64,000 nucleotides of DNA from the NCBI RefSeq assembly GCF_000142905.1, contig NW_013657653.1:62001-126000 (forward strand), in the 5' to 3' direction. Shown in pieces: positions 23,742-35,552 of this stretch (positions within the stretch are counted from its first letter, which is position 1; each line of letters starts with the position of its first letter). The translations under genes were made by a program, and so were the position numbers. Under the pieces are notes generated by a model. That model did no database searches. It saw only the letters and a program-made list of their open reading frames with translations, and was not told where the DNA came from. The stretch comes from Thecamonas trahens ATCC 50062 (taxonomy: Eukaryota > Protista > Apusomonadida).

Positions 23742-25572
23742 ATGTCTGCGTACTCGTCTGAGATTGAGTATGAGACAGCTGTAGTCATTGACAACGGGAC
23801 CGGCCGTATCAAGGCCGGCTTTGCCGGAGAGGATGCCCCATCCCTTGTCTTCCCTGCCGTCATTGGTACGTATCCTTGTCGACCTGGTCCTCCCGCTGCC
23901 CCCCATGCCCATACCCGTCCGTAGTGACCTACCCGCACGCAGGACGCAGTCGACCACCACCTTCCCCCCCCCCCCCCCACACACACACAAACACATATAC
24001 ACCCCCTACACCACCACCACTATCCCCCCATACACACACACACACATACCATCTTCCCCTTCCCCTTTCCTTCCCCTCCTTCCACCCCTTTCCCTTCCCC
24101 CCACACTCACCCGCACCCCCCCCCCTTCTTCCCCCCCACACACACACACACACATACACATACACAGGCTCCCCGCAAGAGGGCCTGGAGGACGAGCTGG
24201 ATGAGTACTACATTGGCAATGCTGCGGAAGAGATGCGCGGACAGCTGGACCTTCGGTATGTGTGGGTGGGTGAGGGTGGGAGGGCGAGGCAATGGCACTG
24301 CTTGCGCTTGGGCGTGCAGGAAATGTTGGCCAGGTGGCTTGGGGGGGATAGATACGGTGGGAGGTAGAGGTGAAGGTGGAGGTGGAGGGGAGGAGGGGGG
24401 GGGAGGGGGGGGGGGGGGGGGACGAGAAAGAGGGAATGGACTCATGGGTTATGGTGTGGTGATGGATGGATATGGATGGTTTGATGGGGTTGGGGTCGTC
24501 GTCGTTGCTGTCGTTGTCGTCGTGTTGGTTGGTGCGTGGATGGACTGGTGGTGCACGGACTGGGGACTCTCTGCTTGACACCTCGCTATGTGGCGGCTTC
24601 ATGTGGCGACGGTATCGTGTGACGAACAGCTACCCGATGATCCACGGCAAGGTGGAGAACTGGGACGACATGGAGAAGATGTGGGAGTACATTTTCTTCG
24701 AGGGCCTCGACGACGTTGACCCGGAGAACCAGCCTGTGCTCCTCACCGAGGCACCGCTCAACCCCCTGAAGAACCGTGAGAAGATGGCGGAGATCATGTT
24801 TGAGACCTTTGGGGTGCCTGCGCTCAACATTGCGCTGCAAGCGGTGCTTGCTCTGTACGCGTCCGGGCGGACGACCGGCGTGGTGCTTGACTGCGGCGAG
24901 GGCGTGACGCATGTGGTGCCTGTTGTCGAGGGCTACGCCATTCCGCGGGCTATTCACCGGCTCGACATGGCCGGGCGCGACCTGACGGCCCGCATGCTCT
25001 CGCTCCTCACCGACAAGGGCCACGAACTCGAGGATGACGCGACGACAATGGAGGCCGTCAAGAGCTTGAAGGAGAAGGTCTGCCAGGTCTCACTCGACTA
25101 CGACACCGACGTTGCCGCCGCCTCGCCCTCAGAGTACGAAATGAGCAACGGCCTCAAGGTCTCGCTCGGCCCCGAGGTGTACTCGGTCCCCGAGGTTCTC
25201 TTCAACCCGTCGATGATTGGGTTTGAGAAGGCGACTGCCTTTGGCCTGCCCAAGCTTGTCTACGAGACCATCCAGAAGACCGAAATCGACCTCCGCAAGG
25301 AGCTGTACGAGAACATCATCCTCTCCGGCGGCTCCACTCTCTTCCCGGGCCTGGAGGACCGCCTCACCCGCGACCTTGAGGCCCTCATCCCCGAGTCGAT
25401 GCGCATCCGTGTCATCGCCCCGCCCGAGCGCGCCTACTCGGTCTGGATTGGTGGCTCTATCTCGGCAGACCTCTCGCAGCAGACCTGGATCTCGCGCTTC
25501 GACTACGACGAGGAGGGCCCGGCCATCCTGCACCGCAACTCAGCCGACGGCCGCCACACCATGGGTGTGTAG
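23742..25572 (+). CDS. Divergent actin / actin-related protein; exons 23742-23865, 24168-24255, 24630-25572
   Basis: [63 protein letters not shown] and YSVWIGGSI motifs. Confidence 0.93.
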
Positions 25573-25715
25573 CAAGCTTGTGTCTCGAATAACATGAGCG
25601 CATGCCGCAGCGTCATACTACAAGTTGCTTGAGTTTAGCGACTGGAGGGCAAGCGGGAGCAAAGGGGAAGGGGGAAGAGGGAGGAAGAAGGTAGAAGGGG
25701 CTGGCGCACTGCGCC

Positions 25716-27114
25716 TCACAGCAGAACGCAGAATCCCTTCTTGGTCGACTTGGGCGGGTCCCAGTGGCGGAAGACCTTGATGATCTCGTGAAAGACCTCG
25801 GTGACGTTGTGGTTGGTCAGCGCCGAGGCCTCAAGGAACCGCGCCTGCTCATTGAGCTTGGACGCGTAGGCCTCGCCCTGGTCGGTCGGCACCTCGCGTT
25901 GATCGTCCAGATCGCACTTGTTGCCCACAACCACTAGCGGGACAGAAGCAAAGCTCTCACCCTTGACCTCGCGGATGAGATCGACAAAGCCATCGAGCGC
26001 CGCCGTAAACGTCGTGTCGTCAGTAATAGAGTAGACGAGGATGAACCCGTCGCGGTCCTCAACCCACTGCCTCCGAAGCACCACAAAGTCCTCCTGCCCA
26101 GCAGTATCCAGAATGTCAAGAAGGACCGGGAAGCCATCAAGCGTCAGGTGCCGATGAAATGAGTCCTCGATCGTCGGATCGTACACATCCACAAACGTCG
26201 ATCTGCAGAACCGCATCGTCAGACACGACTTACCCACACCTCCCGAGCCCAGAACAGCAATCTTGTGCACCGCAACGGCCGTGCCCTTCTTGGCCTTCTT
26301 GCCCTTGGACTCGCGGAAGAACGGCTCCGAGCCCTCGGCCACATAAAGCACATCATCATTCGAGATGAGCCCCACATCCTCTACCCTCGCTCCGTTCTCG
26401 GTGTAGATGCTGCCCGCCGCCGCCAGTCCGAGCTTCTGCCCGCACTTTTCCAGCATTGCTTCCATCGTATCCGGCACCGCAATCAGCTGCACGCACATTC
26501 ATAACAAGTCGAGCGAGGCCATCGACCACGTACCGCGATGACCGGCAGCCGAACGACCACCGCGACCACCCGCGACCACCGGCGACCACCACAACCACCA
26601 CGACCAGCATGACCAGACACCACCCAATACCGACACCCATGATGATGACGAGTGAGTGAGACCATACCACACAAGACCACACCAGATCGACTGGCGCCGC
26701 CTCCAACCCAACCCCTCCACACACACACCCACACACCCACACACCTATACACAATACCATCACAACGTTGCCCTCCACTCAAAGGTGGGGGGAGGGAGGG
26801 GGGGGGGGGAGGGAAGCAGATGGGAGAGATTCGGAGCAGGTGCGGGAGCAGGTGCGGGAGCAGGGTGGTGTCTTTGCCTCAATATCTGGCACGGCCGAGA
26901 CCGAGACCACACGCCCCCCCTCTAGAAATTGGGGCTCCCCCCCCCGGCGAACCCAATATTATCGGGGCCCCGAGACAAGAATTCCTGAAAATCTGGGGGG
27001 GGGGGGGGGGGAGGGAGGGAGGGGAGGTATGGCTAATGTGTGGTAAATGCGTACATGTCCAGAACCGCAGTTCTCAGAGTTGATAAACACCGTGCATCGC
27101 ACCCTCGCCGCCAT
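25716..27114 (-). CDS. Ras-family GTPase with an N-terminal KHA (KCTD9-type) domain; exons 27114-27055 and 26486-25716
   Basis: Ras motifs GSGGVGKS, YDPTIED, DTAGQE, NKCD and CaaX CVLL. The N-terminus RCTVFIN..GHLIAVPDTMEAMLEKCGQKLG...IYTENGARVEDVGLISNDDVLYVAEGSEPF follows the KHA pattern. Confidence 0.9.
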
Positions 27115-27530
27115 GCTCCCGGTGCCTGCAGAGGAGTGTCAACTTCTGGTGAGACGGTCGTCAGTTTCACCGTTCACCGGTGCTGAGAGTCCCCACACTC
27201 TTGCCGGCCACAGCTCAGTACAGCATACCCAAGCTGAGTGCGGTCAGTCAGTTGGTTGCATAGCGGTGTACGGGCCGAGTCCGCACCGATGGCACGGATG
27301 GGTAGCCTCCATCACAACGTGCGCTAGTACCATCTATCAACTAAGGATCAACGGCTCACATCGCCTCGCACTACCTGCATCCTAGCCAGAGTAGGCACGC
27401 ACACTCGCCTTCTCCACCTCCCTCATCTTCCCCCTCTCGCTTCTCTCCATGTCTGCATCTCAGTCCGGTACGCTGATGGAGGTGTGTATTGATAGACGCG
27501 CGCGGCAAGGTCGCCGAGCTGGGACACGAC

Positions 27531-28257
27531 TCAATGGTACTTCTTCTGCTGCTCGTGGGCTGTATCACACGTTGGTCATCCATTCCTCGCTCTCTCTGTG
27601 AGTCATGTTTTCGATGCCGCGCGATGGCAGCTGCAACAGATGCAGCCGGTAGATGACAGCGTGGCCGGCTGCAGGCTGGTTTGGTTGGCCAGCTGGCGAG
27701 CTGTCGCCCCCCCAAAAATTCAACGCGTCGCCCTCGTCCAAGCGCAAGCCCAACCCAGGCCGTAGAAAGCAGCAATCAAGCCACAACTTGAGGATGTTGT
27801 CGGTGACATGGTGCTGTGGTTATGTGCTTCACGTTGTGAAACTGACTGCAATGCTGTCGCCGTGGGAGGTGCTGGCGACCGACCCGCCGCCAGCGGGAAC
27901 AAGTTGGGCCAAAGTCATCCTCCGTCCCACACCAGGGTGAAGGGAAGGCGGAGGGGAGGGCGGGGGGCGCGGCGACAGCACTGGCAATGGAAGAGGCATG
28001 GAGGGGCATGGGTAAAGGGAGAGAGTGGATGTGTGGAACGTACCCATGAGGTGCGGGATCTCAAGGATGTAGCCAATGGCCATGGCGCCGACCATGAGGT
28101 GCATGACCGGAGCGGCGAGGTTGCCCGGGCGGGCCATGAACTTGGACGCATAGCTGCGCATGGCACGGTTGGCAATGCCAGACACGCCGCCGTTGGCACG
28201 GACCCACTTGTCCATCTCGGACAGGCGCACAGACGAGAACGACGAGTTGGAGGCCAT
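27531..28257 (-). CDS. ATP5MF: Mitochondrial ATP synthase subunit f, 80 aa; exons 28257-28044 and 27559-27531
   Basis: VRLSEMDKWV resembles VKLGELPSWI; a TM segment ends GYILEIPHL; the spliced tail AHEQQKKYH* resembles KHERLRKYH. Confidence 0.85.
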
Positions 28258-28868
28258 AGTGTTCAGAGTTGAGTGTTGTCCGAACCAAGGCATACGCCTA
28301 CACCATAGACGGTGCTGATCTGCCCGACACCCGACGCCCGCCGACGGCCAGGCCGCCCAACCATCTTGCCCACATCAATGACCCACATCAATGACTCACA
28401 CCTTACATTGCCACACCAGTAGATGGCCATCAATGTCAGTAAACACCAAACGTTATCCAAGCCGTACGGATTGATCAGATCCATATTCTGAGAGCGTTAT
28501 AGGCTGCTTGCCTGACGCACACAATAGGCTCCGCGCCACACCCGCCCGCCTCCCCGGCCGCGCCCGACTCATCCAAGAGCAACTCCTCATTCCCCTTCCT
28601 TCCTTCCTTGATCATAGCCCACCGGGCTACCCCCGATACGATCAGCAGCCAATAAAGACGCATGCCCATACGCACGCTTTCCAGCACCTGCTCCACCACA
28701 CCCGGATGGCTTGGACACTCGATGGATAATCATTGAGTAGCCATCATTTTAGCGGTGGAGAGAGTGAAAGGCAGGCGGTGGAAGAAGCAGCAGCAGCACA
28801 GGCACGTCAAGCCTTGGCCAACCACCCATCTCCATCAAGCGAAGCTCCCGGTCTTCCTCCTAAAAGAC

Positions 28869-29502
28869 GTACGTACCTCAGCTAGCCCAGTTTCTATACA
28901 TGATGATCATGTCTGATGTCTGTTATAATGCCTGGTTTCATGCCACACCTCGACCTGGCCACACCCCCCCGCCCCTTCTGTCGTGTCCGGTGGTGGCGCA
29001 GATGGTGGATGGAGTGGCACGACACGCCTGCGGGGACGGCGCTTTCTTTACAAGCCTCATGCCGTACAAGGTTTCATATACCAACCATCGCCAAGCTTGA
29101 TATCTTTGTGGGCGACTTGAGCTTGTGATCAGTGTCTCTTGGTATCAAACCTTGCAGTTTTCTCGTGGTTACCTTCTCCGCGCAGCACCTCGGCTCTCTT
29201 GGCCGCCGGCTGCTGTCCATCCGACGCCATCCCGCACACTCGCCGAGCACTCCCGCCAGAGGCCACCCACTGTGATAATGGAGTCGTGACAACTCGTCAA
29301 CCACATGATGTGGATGATGGATACCATGTCTTGTGGTTGTACTCCTGGTGTGGCAAGATGCTGAGGCATGAGCATGGTATAGGTGGTAAGAGTGAGGAGA
29401 GGCCGTCAGAAGCGGCCCACGTGTCGGCAGTCCCGGCGAAATGCAAACGTTTTCACTCACATTTTTTAACCCGCTATCACTTCTCGCTCTACACCCGCAC
29501 AG
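28869..29502 (+). other. Predicted 5'-UTR intron of the Mei2-like gene
   Basis: GTACGT at 28869, CACTCAC at 29454 and CAG at 29502 (18 nt before the ATG); the interior is a nested inverted repeat. Confidence 0.65.
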
Positions 29503-29520
29503 CTACCCCCTTCGTCTTGG

Positions 29521-31560
29521 ATGGCCATGCCGCTTTCACACCACGAACCGTACGGGTTCGAGTCGGACGAGTCCGACAGTGGCCTGTCGCCGCTGCTCGA
29601 CCTCGACCCCGAGCCTGGTGCATCATCCATGGCCTCGTCACCGGTCTTGAGAGCACTCGATGGCGGCCACCCGCCGGTCGCGGCCAGCCTCTCGGCCTGG
29701 TCGTCAGGCGAGACGCTCGCCAGCTCGCCCGGTGACGATGCCAGGACGCTCAACTCGGCCACACGATCGGTGCCGGAGCTGGGATCCGGAAACTTGACCA
29801 GCGGCCGCTCGCGACCAGTCTTTGTCCCGCACATGGCGGCTGCCAGCTCGTTTGCAGTCGCATCGTCGCTCCCGGACGATCGGCTTGTGCCACTGATGTG
29901 CATTCCGTCGCTCTCGTCGTCGCTCTCGTCGCAGGCGGTGTCGATGGAGGCCGGACTCCTTGCACAGGCGCAGCGTGCCTCGCGTGGAGCACGGTTGCAG
30001 CCATCGCGCATGCTCATCATCTCGGGCCTGCGCCGCAACGCTCCTCGGTCACCACTGATGTCGATGCTGGAGGAGGCCGGCCAGCTCCGGGCGCTCGACT
30101 CTGCCTCTGACGACGGCACCATGATGGTGGCGTCGTTCTACGATCTCCGCCACGCGCTTGCCGCGCAAGAGCGGCTCGACGGCTCCGTCTTTGACGGGCG
30201 AACAATTGCGGTGCGGTTTGCGCCGCCTGGTGCGCCCGAGCGCGAGCTTGTTGCCGCCGACGTCGACCAGGACTCACTCATTATTGTCTTTAACGTCCTG
30301 CCCTCGGTCTCGTTGACGCACATGGTCTCGCTCTTTAGCCCGTACGGCGACATCCGGCGAGTCTCGCACGTCGCCGCTAAGCGGCACAAGGTCTTCCGCT
30401 TTGTCGAGTTCTACGACGCGCGTGCCGCCGCCGCCGCCGTCGCCGATCCGCCGCATCCAGACGCCAGCGGCGTCGGTGAGCTGCCCATGCTAGTGGAGCG
30501 GGCGCGGTCGAAGCCCGGAACGCACGGTGTTCAGTGGGAGGTCGGCACGCCGAGTAACTCGCCGATGTCGTCGCCTATGGCGCACTCGCCGCCGCGCTCG
30601 CGCTCGCGCTCAACATCGTGCTCGGTCCTCCCGCCGGACGCCGCCGTCAATGTGGTCAAGCACGTCTCGTCACCATCACGTCCGCCGCGCGCAGTCCCGG
30701 AGCCTGGCTCTGACTACCTGGCGCCGATCTCGGGCCTGATGAATGCACCGCTCTCGTCGAGCAAGCGCTCCAACTCTCTGCCGTCGGCCAACCAGGACTC
30801 AGACGCCTCGTGCTCGCCACCGCTCAACAGACCGTCACTGCTGTCGGCCTCGCTGGCGGAGAGCAAGCCGACCGGACACAGCTTGTGGAGCTCAGCGTCG
30901 GCGTCGCGCTCGCGCTCCCGCACACGGACCCGCTCCAAGACCCGCTCCAAGACCCGCTCGTCGTCACGGACTCACTCGCGCTCATCGCGCTCGTCGCGCT
31001 CGTCATCACGCGACAGCTCAACGTCGCGCAAGCCGCGCCGCCGTCAGCCAGACCCGGCGTGCGTCATCTCGGTCGACGCCCTTGAGGTCGGCGACGAGAC
31101 GCGGACAACTGCCATGATCCGCAACATCCCCAACCGCTACCGCCGCGACGATCTGCTCGCCGCACTCACCGACGCGCACCTCAGCGGGCAGTTCGACTTT
31201 GTATACCTTCCCGTCGACGCCCACCACAAGGCCAACGTCGGCTACGCCTTTGTTAACTTTGTTTCTCCAGCCGCGCTCGCCCAGGCCTACCGCGCCCTGC
31301 ACGGCGCCTCTTGGCGCCGGTACAACTCGGACAAGGTCTGCCGCCTTGCCTTTGCCCACGTTCAGGGCCAAGCCAATCTCATCTCGCACTTTCGGGCCAA
31401 GGGCAAGTACTTTTCCGATCCGGACGCCTCGCCCCTGGCCATCTGCCGCGACACCGCGCCCGACGGCGCCCGCGCCGCACTCGGAAGCCGCGGCACTCGC
31501 GCCGCCGGTGCCAGCCGCGTCCCGCCGCCGCCTGCCCGCTCGCTCCGCGTCTTCCAGTAG
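29521..31560 (+). CDS. mei2: Mei2-like RNA-binding protein (two degenerate RRMs plus a Mei2-type RRM3)
   Basis: SFYDLRHA and FVEFYDARAA; RTTAMIRNIPNRY..FDFVYLPVD....NVGYAFVNF..W..YNSDKVC.LAFA.VQG. Confidence 0.92.
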   Translation: MAMPLSHHEPYGFESDESDSGLSPLLDLDPEPGASSMASSPVLRALDGGHPPVAASLSAWSSGETLASSPGDDARTLNSATRSVPELGSGNLTSGRSRPVFVPHMAAASSFAVASSLPDDRLVPLMCIPSLSSSLSSQAVSMEAGLLAQAQRASRGARLQPSRMLIISGLRRNAPRSPLMSMLEEAGQLRALDSASDDGTMMVASFYDLRHALAAQERLDGSVFDGRTIAVRFAPPGAPERELVAADVDQDSLIIVFNVLPSVSLTHMVSLFSPYGDIRRVSHVAAKRHKVFRFVEFYDARAAAAAVADPPHPDASGVGELPMLVERARSKPGTHGVQWEVGTPSNSPMSSPMAHSPPRSRSRSTSCSVLPPDAAVNVVKHVSSPSRPPRAVPEPGSDYLAPISGLMNAPLSSSKRSNSLPSANQDSDASCSPPLNRPSLLSASLAESKPTGHSLWSSASASRSRSRTRTRSKTRSKTRSSSRTHSRSSRSSRSSSRDSSTSRKPRRRQPDPACVISVDALEVGDETRTTAMIRNIPNRYRRDDLLAALTDAHLSGQFDFVYLPVDAHHKANVGYAFVNFVSPAALAQAYRALHGASWRRYNSDKVCRLAFAHVQGQANLISHFRAKGKYFSDPDASPLAICRDTAPDGARAALGSRGTRAAGASRVPPPPARSLRVFQ

Positions 31561-31577
31561 CCCGAGACGACGCACCT

Positions 31578-34500
31578 TTACTCGGCAAACTTGAGCGGGC
31601 CGCCTGATGTCCGGGCAGCCCACGTGGTAAAGTCGAATGTGGCAGACATGTTCTGCATCGGCGTCAGCGACGAGTCGTTCTGCACAAGCGTGACGCCCGC
31701 CGGCAGTGCAGGCGTGCGCCGCACAGCGAGCACCCCAGCCATGCCTCCGCTCCCCTGTCCATCAGGCCCATGAGCTGGTGGGCCCGAGAACGCCGAGTAG
31801 CGGCTGAGCGACGGAAAGGCCATGCCGTAGCCGCCGCGCGAGGTGGTTGCCAGAACCGTCGTGCCGGCCTCGGACTCGGACTCGTCGAGCTCGGACGAGC
31901 CGCCGAGAGCGAGTGCCGCGGTCGACTGCCCCACCAGCGCGTCAGAAGCCGCAGTCTCGACGTCGCCGAGAAGAATTGCGGCACGGTCAAGCCGGGCGCC
32001 GCGAGTTGCGGCGCAGGATGCCGCCATCGCGTCGTGCGACTGGTGGAGGGCAACCGAGACCGGCATCGACGCCGAGCGGGCGTCGGGTGGCGCTGCGAGC
32101 GAGGCACCGTCGCGGAACATGTCAGCAAAGAGCTCGACGTCCGACGCGGCAAGATCGTTGCGCCGCGCGGCCGAGTCGAGCCCGGCCTCCTTGGCGGCCT
32201 TGTGCAGCGAGGTAAACATGCCGGCCATGGCGGCAAGCTTGTGGAAGAGATGCTGCTTGTGCTTGCGCCGCGCGAGAATGGTCTGGTGCTCCTTGGCAAT
32301 CTGCGCAGACGACCAACCCGAGTCGAGGACTTGCTCCACGTTGATGTCGGCGTCGCGGATGACGTCGGCAGAGAGGAGGCACGAGACCACAACCTCCTTC
32401 TCAAACAGCGGTGGCACAATCGGGTCGATGGCGCGGGCGGCTGCGCGGGCGCGCCGCGACTTGCGCTTGCGTCGCGACCGCCGGCCTTCGCTCCCGCGTG
32501 GCGAGGCCTCCGAGTCGGAGCCCGATCCACCGCCGGCCGCCGCCAGAAAGTCTTCCAAAACCGTGACGACGTGCGCTGGATACTTGGAGGTCTCGGTAGC
32601 GAGGTAGAGGCGGGCAGCGTCGCCGGCGTCGGCGTCAAGTGCAACGTACGGGCAGATGAGCCCGGCGGTGGAGCGGGCAGCAGCGACACGGTCAACGTGG
32701 TCGACAAGCTCGGCCGACTGGACTCGCTCGCCGAGCGCGCGGAGGTAGCCGCCGATAAAGGTGTGGACCGAAGAGGCCAGTGGCGGAGGGAGCGTCGAGG
32801 CCTTTTCCTGCAGCTTGAACAGCATCGGCACGGTCTGCGCAACCTCATCGACGAGCGCGGTCCGCAGGAGGACAGCAAGGGTCTCAGCCATGGCTGCAAG
32901 GTCACACGGGTGAACGACAATACGCCGCTGGGTGATGAGAAAGTACATGGCGTAACGGACTTGCGAGCCGTACTTGGCTTCAAAGCCCTGGTTCTCGGCC
33001 GCAACCGAGAACAGGTGGGCGTAGACCTTGTGGACGCGGACGCGGTTGGCGGTCGACGGCGCCGACGCTGCAACCGTGAGCGCGTCGAGGAGCGGCTCGA
33101 GGAAGGCGATCTTGGCGGGCGCGATGGCGGCCAGCGTCGACGCGACCGCGGTGGCGGCGTCGAGGAGCGGGACAGCGGCTTCGTCGGCGGCGCAGAACGA
33201 GAGCTTCGAGCCGAGGAACAGCAGGAGCTCCAGCCGCTCCGACGACGTCGGCAGCGCTTGCGCAAGGGTGAGGACGCCGTTGACAATAGCCTTGCGCAGC
33301 TCGCCGCGAGCGCCCGCAAGAGTGGCTACAAGCTGGTTGAGGACTTGCAGCGCAGTCGAGGTGTCCAGCGGGACCCGCGAGGTGGCAAGGAGCGAGCAGG
33401 CCAGGTCGACAATCCGCGCCTTGGTCGCTGTGTGCGGAACAGCTGGAAGGTACTCGAGCGCAGACTGGACCGGGACGTAGCGGTAGGAGACGCCGACGGC
33501 CGCCATGAGAATGCGCATGACCTTGCCAATAAAGACGCCCGACTCGGTCCACATCTCGCCGGTGGTAAAGTAGTCCAGCAGCGTGCGGATGATGGTGCGG
33601 AGCGTGCTTGAGTTGGCATGTGCACCCATCTCGTAGAGCGCAAGGCCAGCGAGCTCGGCCTCGGTCAGCTCGTCGATGCGCTCGCGCGAGAGGTCAACGC
33701 CGACTGCCGAGAGCGCCACGTCGTCCAGGCTGACGTCGGACGCGCTGGCGTCTGACCCGGCAGCATCCGACCGCGAGGTCGTGCCCGAGCCGGCGGCGTC
33801 GCGCGATGCCGTTGCCGACGACCACGATGACGACGATGACGGCTTATCGACGCTCACCATCGAGTCGTCGTCACGCTTGCTGGCCTGCCGCCGGCGCCGG
33901 CGGCGCTTGCCCCGACGGCCCCCACCACCGCCTGCTCTGCCCGACCGCCGCCGCCCGCCTCGCCCGCCGCCCGACCGCCGCCGACGCACCGCGCCTGACA
34001 CAAACGGATGCGCCGCCAGCAGCTCGTCAGGCAGCGTCGAGTCGTTGCGCGACATGTTTGATACAATGGCCGGCACAATCGAAGAGAGCACGTCGACAAG
34101 TTCAGTGTCGAGAATGGCCGACTGCGAGATGACAGCCCGGAGGCCGAGGAGACCCGGGCGGACTAGCGGTGAGCCGGTCGCGAGCTGCTTCCAGCACATG
34201 GCAGAAAAGTACTCCACAAAGGTGGTCCACTTGTGGCGCGAGTACAGCTCGGCGTCCAGGTGCGAAGCGTAGGTGACAAACACCGCCGCGCCCTTGGACT
34301 GCAGCTCGTACACGTTACTCTCGAGCATCATCTCGATCACAGCCACCACATCGGCTGCAAACAGCGCCAGATGCTGCGGCAGTTCTGCAACGAGCACCTC
34401 GAGCACAGAGGCGGCGAGAACAACCCAACTGTATTGCAAAAACATGTGAGTTTGGCATGGACGCCCTTGGCCGCCGACGGACCGATACTTCTTCATGACC

Positions 34501-35384
34501 AGCAGACCCTTGCCCCTCCGCGCCCCCCCCCCCCCCCCGCGCCCCCTGCTCCTTTCCCGAGATCCAGACAAACACACACATGCACATGATCGCCATGCAA
34601 CTCTCATGGCCATCACCAGTGCCATGATTCCAGACCTCCACTCAGCCCGTCGACCAGACGACTACACGGAGCCAGCAATGCGACAGGAGACTGGCAGCGA
34701 GTGGCCAGGGGTGGGGGGGTGGGGGGGGTGGGGGGTGGTCCTAGGAGGACAAAACTAACAAAACGANNNNNNNNNNNNNNNNNNNNNNNNNNNNNNNNNN
34801 NNNNNNNNNNNNNNNNNNNNNNNNNNNNNNNNNNNNNNNNNNNNNNNNNNNNNNNNNNNNNNNNNNNNNNNNNNNNNNNNNNNNNNNNNNNNNNNNNNNN
34901 NNNNNNNNNNNNNNNNNNNNNNNNNNNNNNNNNNNNNNNNNNNNNNNNNNNNNNNNNNNNNNNNNNNNNNNNNNNNNNNNNNNNNNNNNNNNNNNNNNNN
35001 NNNNNNNNNNNNNNNNNNNNNNNNNNNNNNNNNNNNNNNNNNNNNNNNNNNNNNNNNNNNNNNNNNNNNNNNNNNNNNNNNNNAGGAGGAGAGGGATTAA
35101 GGGGATGAGAGGGAGGAAGGAAGGGAGAAGGGAGAGGGGGGAGGAGGGGGAGGAGGCGGGGAGGGGGGTACGTACGGAGTTCTGCTTGTGGCTAGGTCCT
35201 TGACAGCACGCTTGCGTAGGGCTTGGGAGATGGGCGAGAGTTTCTTGGGGAACTCCTCAGCGTAGTCGACGAGGTTACTCACGGCTTTAGTCGGCATACT
35301 TCCATCTTCAGACTTGTTATACACAGCATTGACAAGCCGTGTATGCATCCGCCGAGGTCGGCAGAACCCACAGCATCCCACCAT
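31578..35384 (-). CDS. EFR3: EFR3 homolog (plasma-membrane anchor of PI4KIIIa); exons 35384-35176 and 34428-31578
   Basis: N-terminal Cys cluster MVGCCGFC, RLVNAVY and LVDYAEEFPKKLSPI, followed by ARM-like helices; phase-2 GTACGT..CAG join. Confidence 0.85.
34767..35083. other. Assembly gap inside the EFR3 intron
   Basis: Run of N flanked by G-rich tracts. Confidence 1.
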
Positions 35385-35552
35385 GCTCCACGACAAGTCT
35401 GCTCCAGCTGCTATGCTTTGGCTCTCTGGCCACACCGCTAGCCGGCCCAGCGGACGATGACCATCACGATCACGATCACGAACACGATCACGATCACCTC
35501 GCCCACAAACCCGGACAGTCAACCTCTACCACTTGACTGCACACCACTACCT
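35385..35552. promoter_or_regulatory. 168-bp divergent promoter/UTR region between EFR3 and eIF3b, with an (ACGATC)n repeat at about 35462-35496
   Basis: Head-to-head ATGs at 35384 (-) and 35553 (+); the hexamer repeat is seen directly. Confidence 0.6.

Noticed and set aside
31770-33611. Long antisense or alternative-frame ORFs (also 1335-2594, 35811-37589, 51281-52807 and others)
   Set aside because: They shadow well-supported genes and are expected at high GC3; no motifs.
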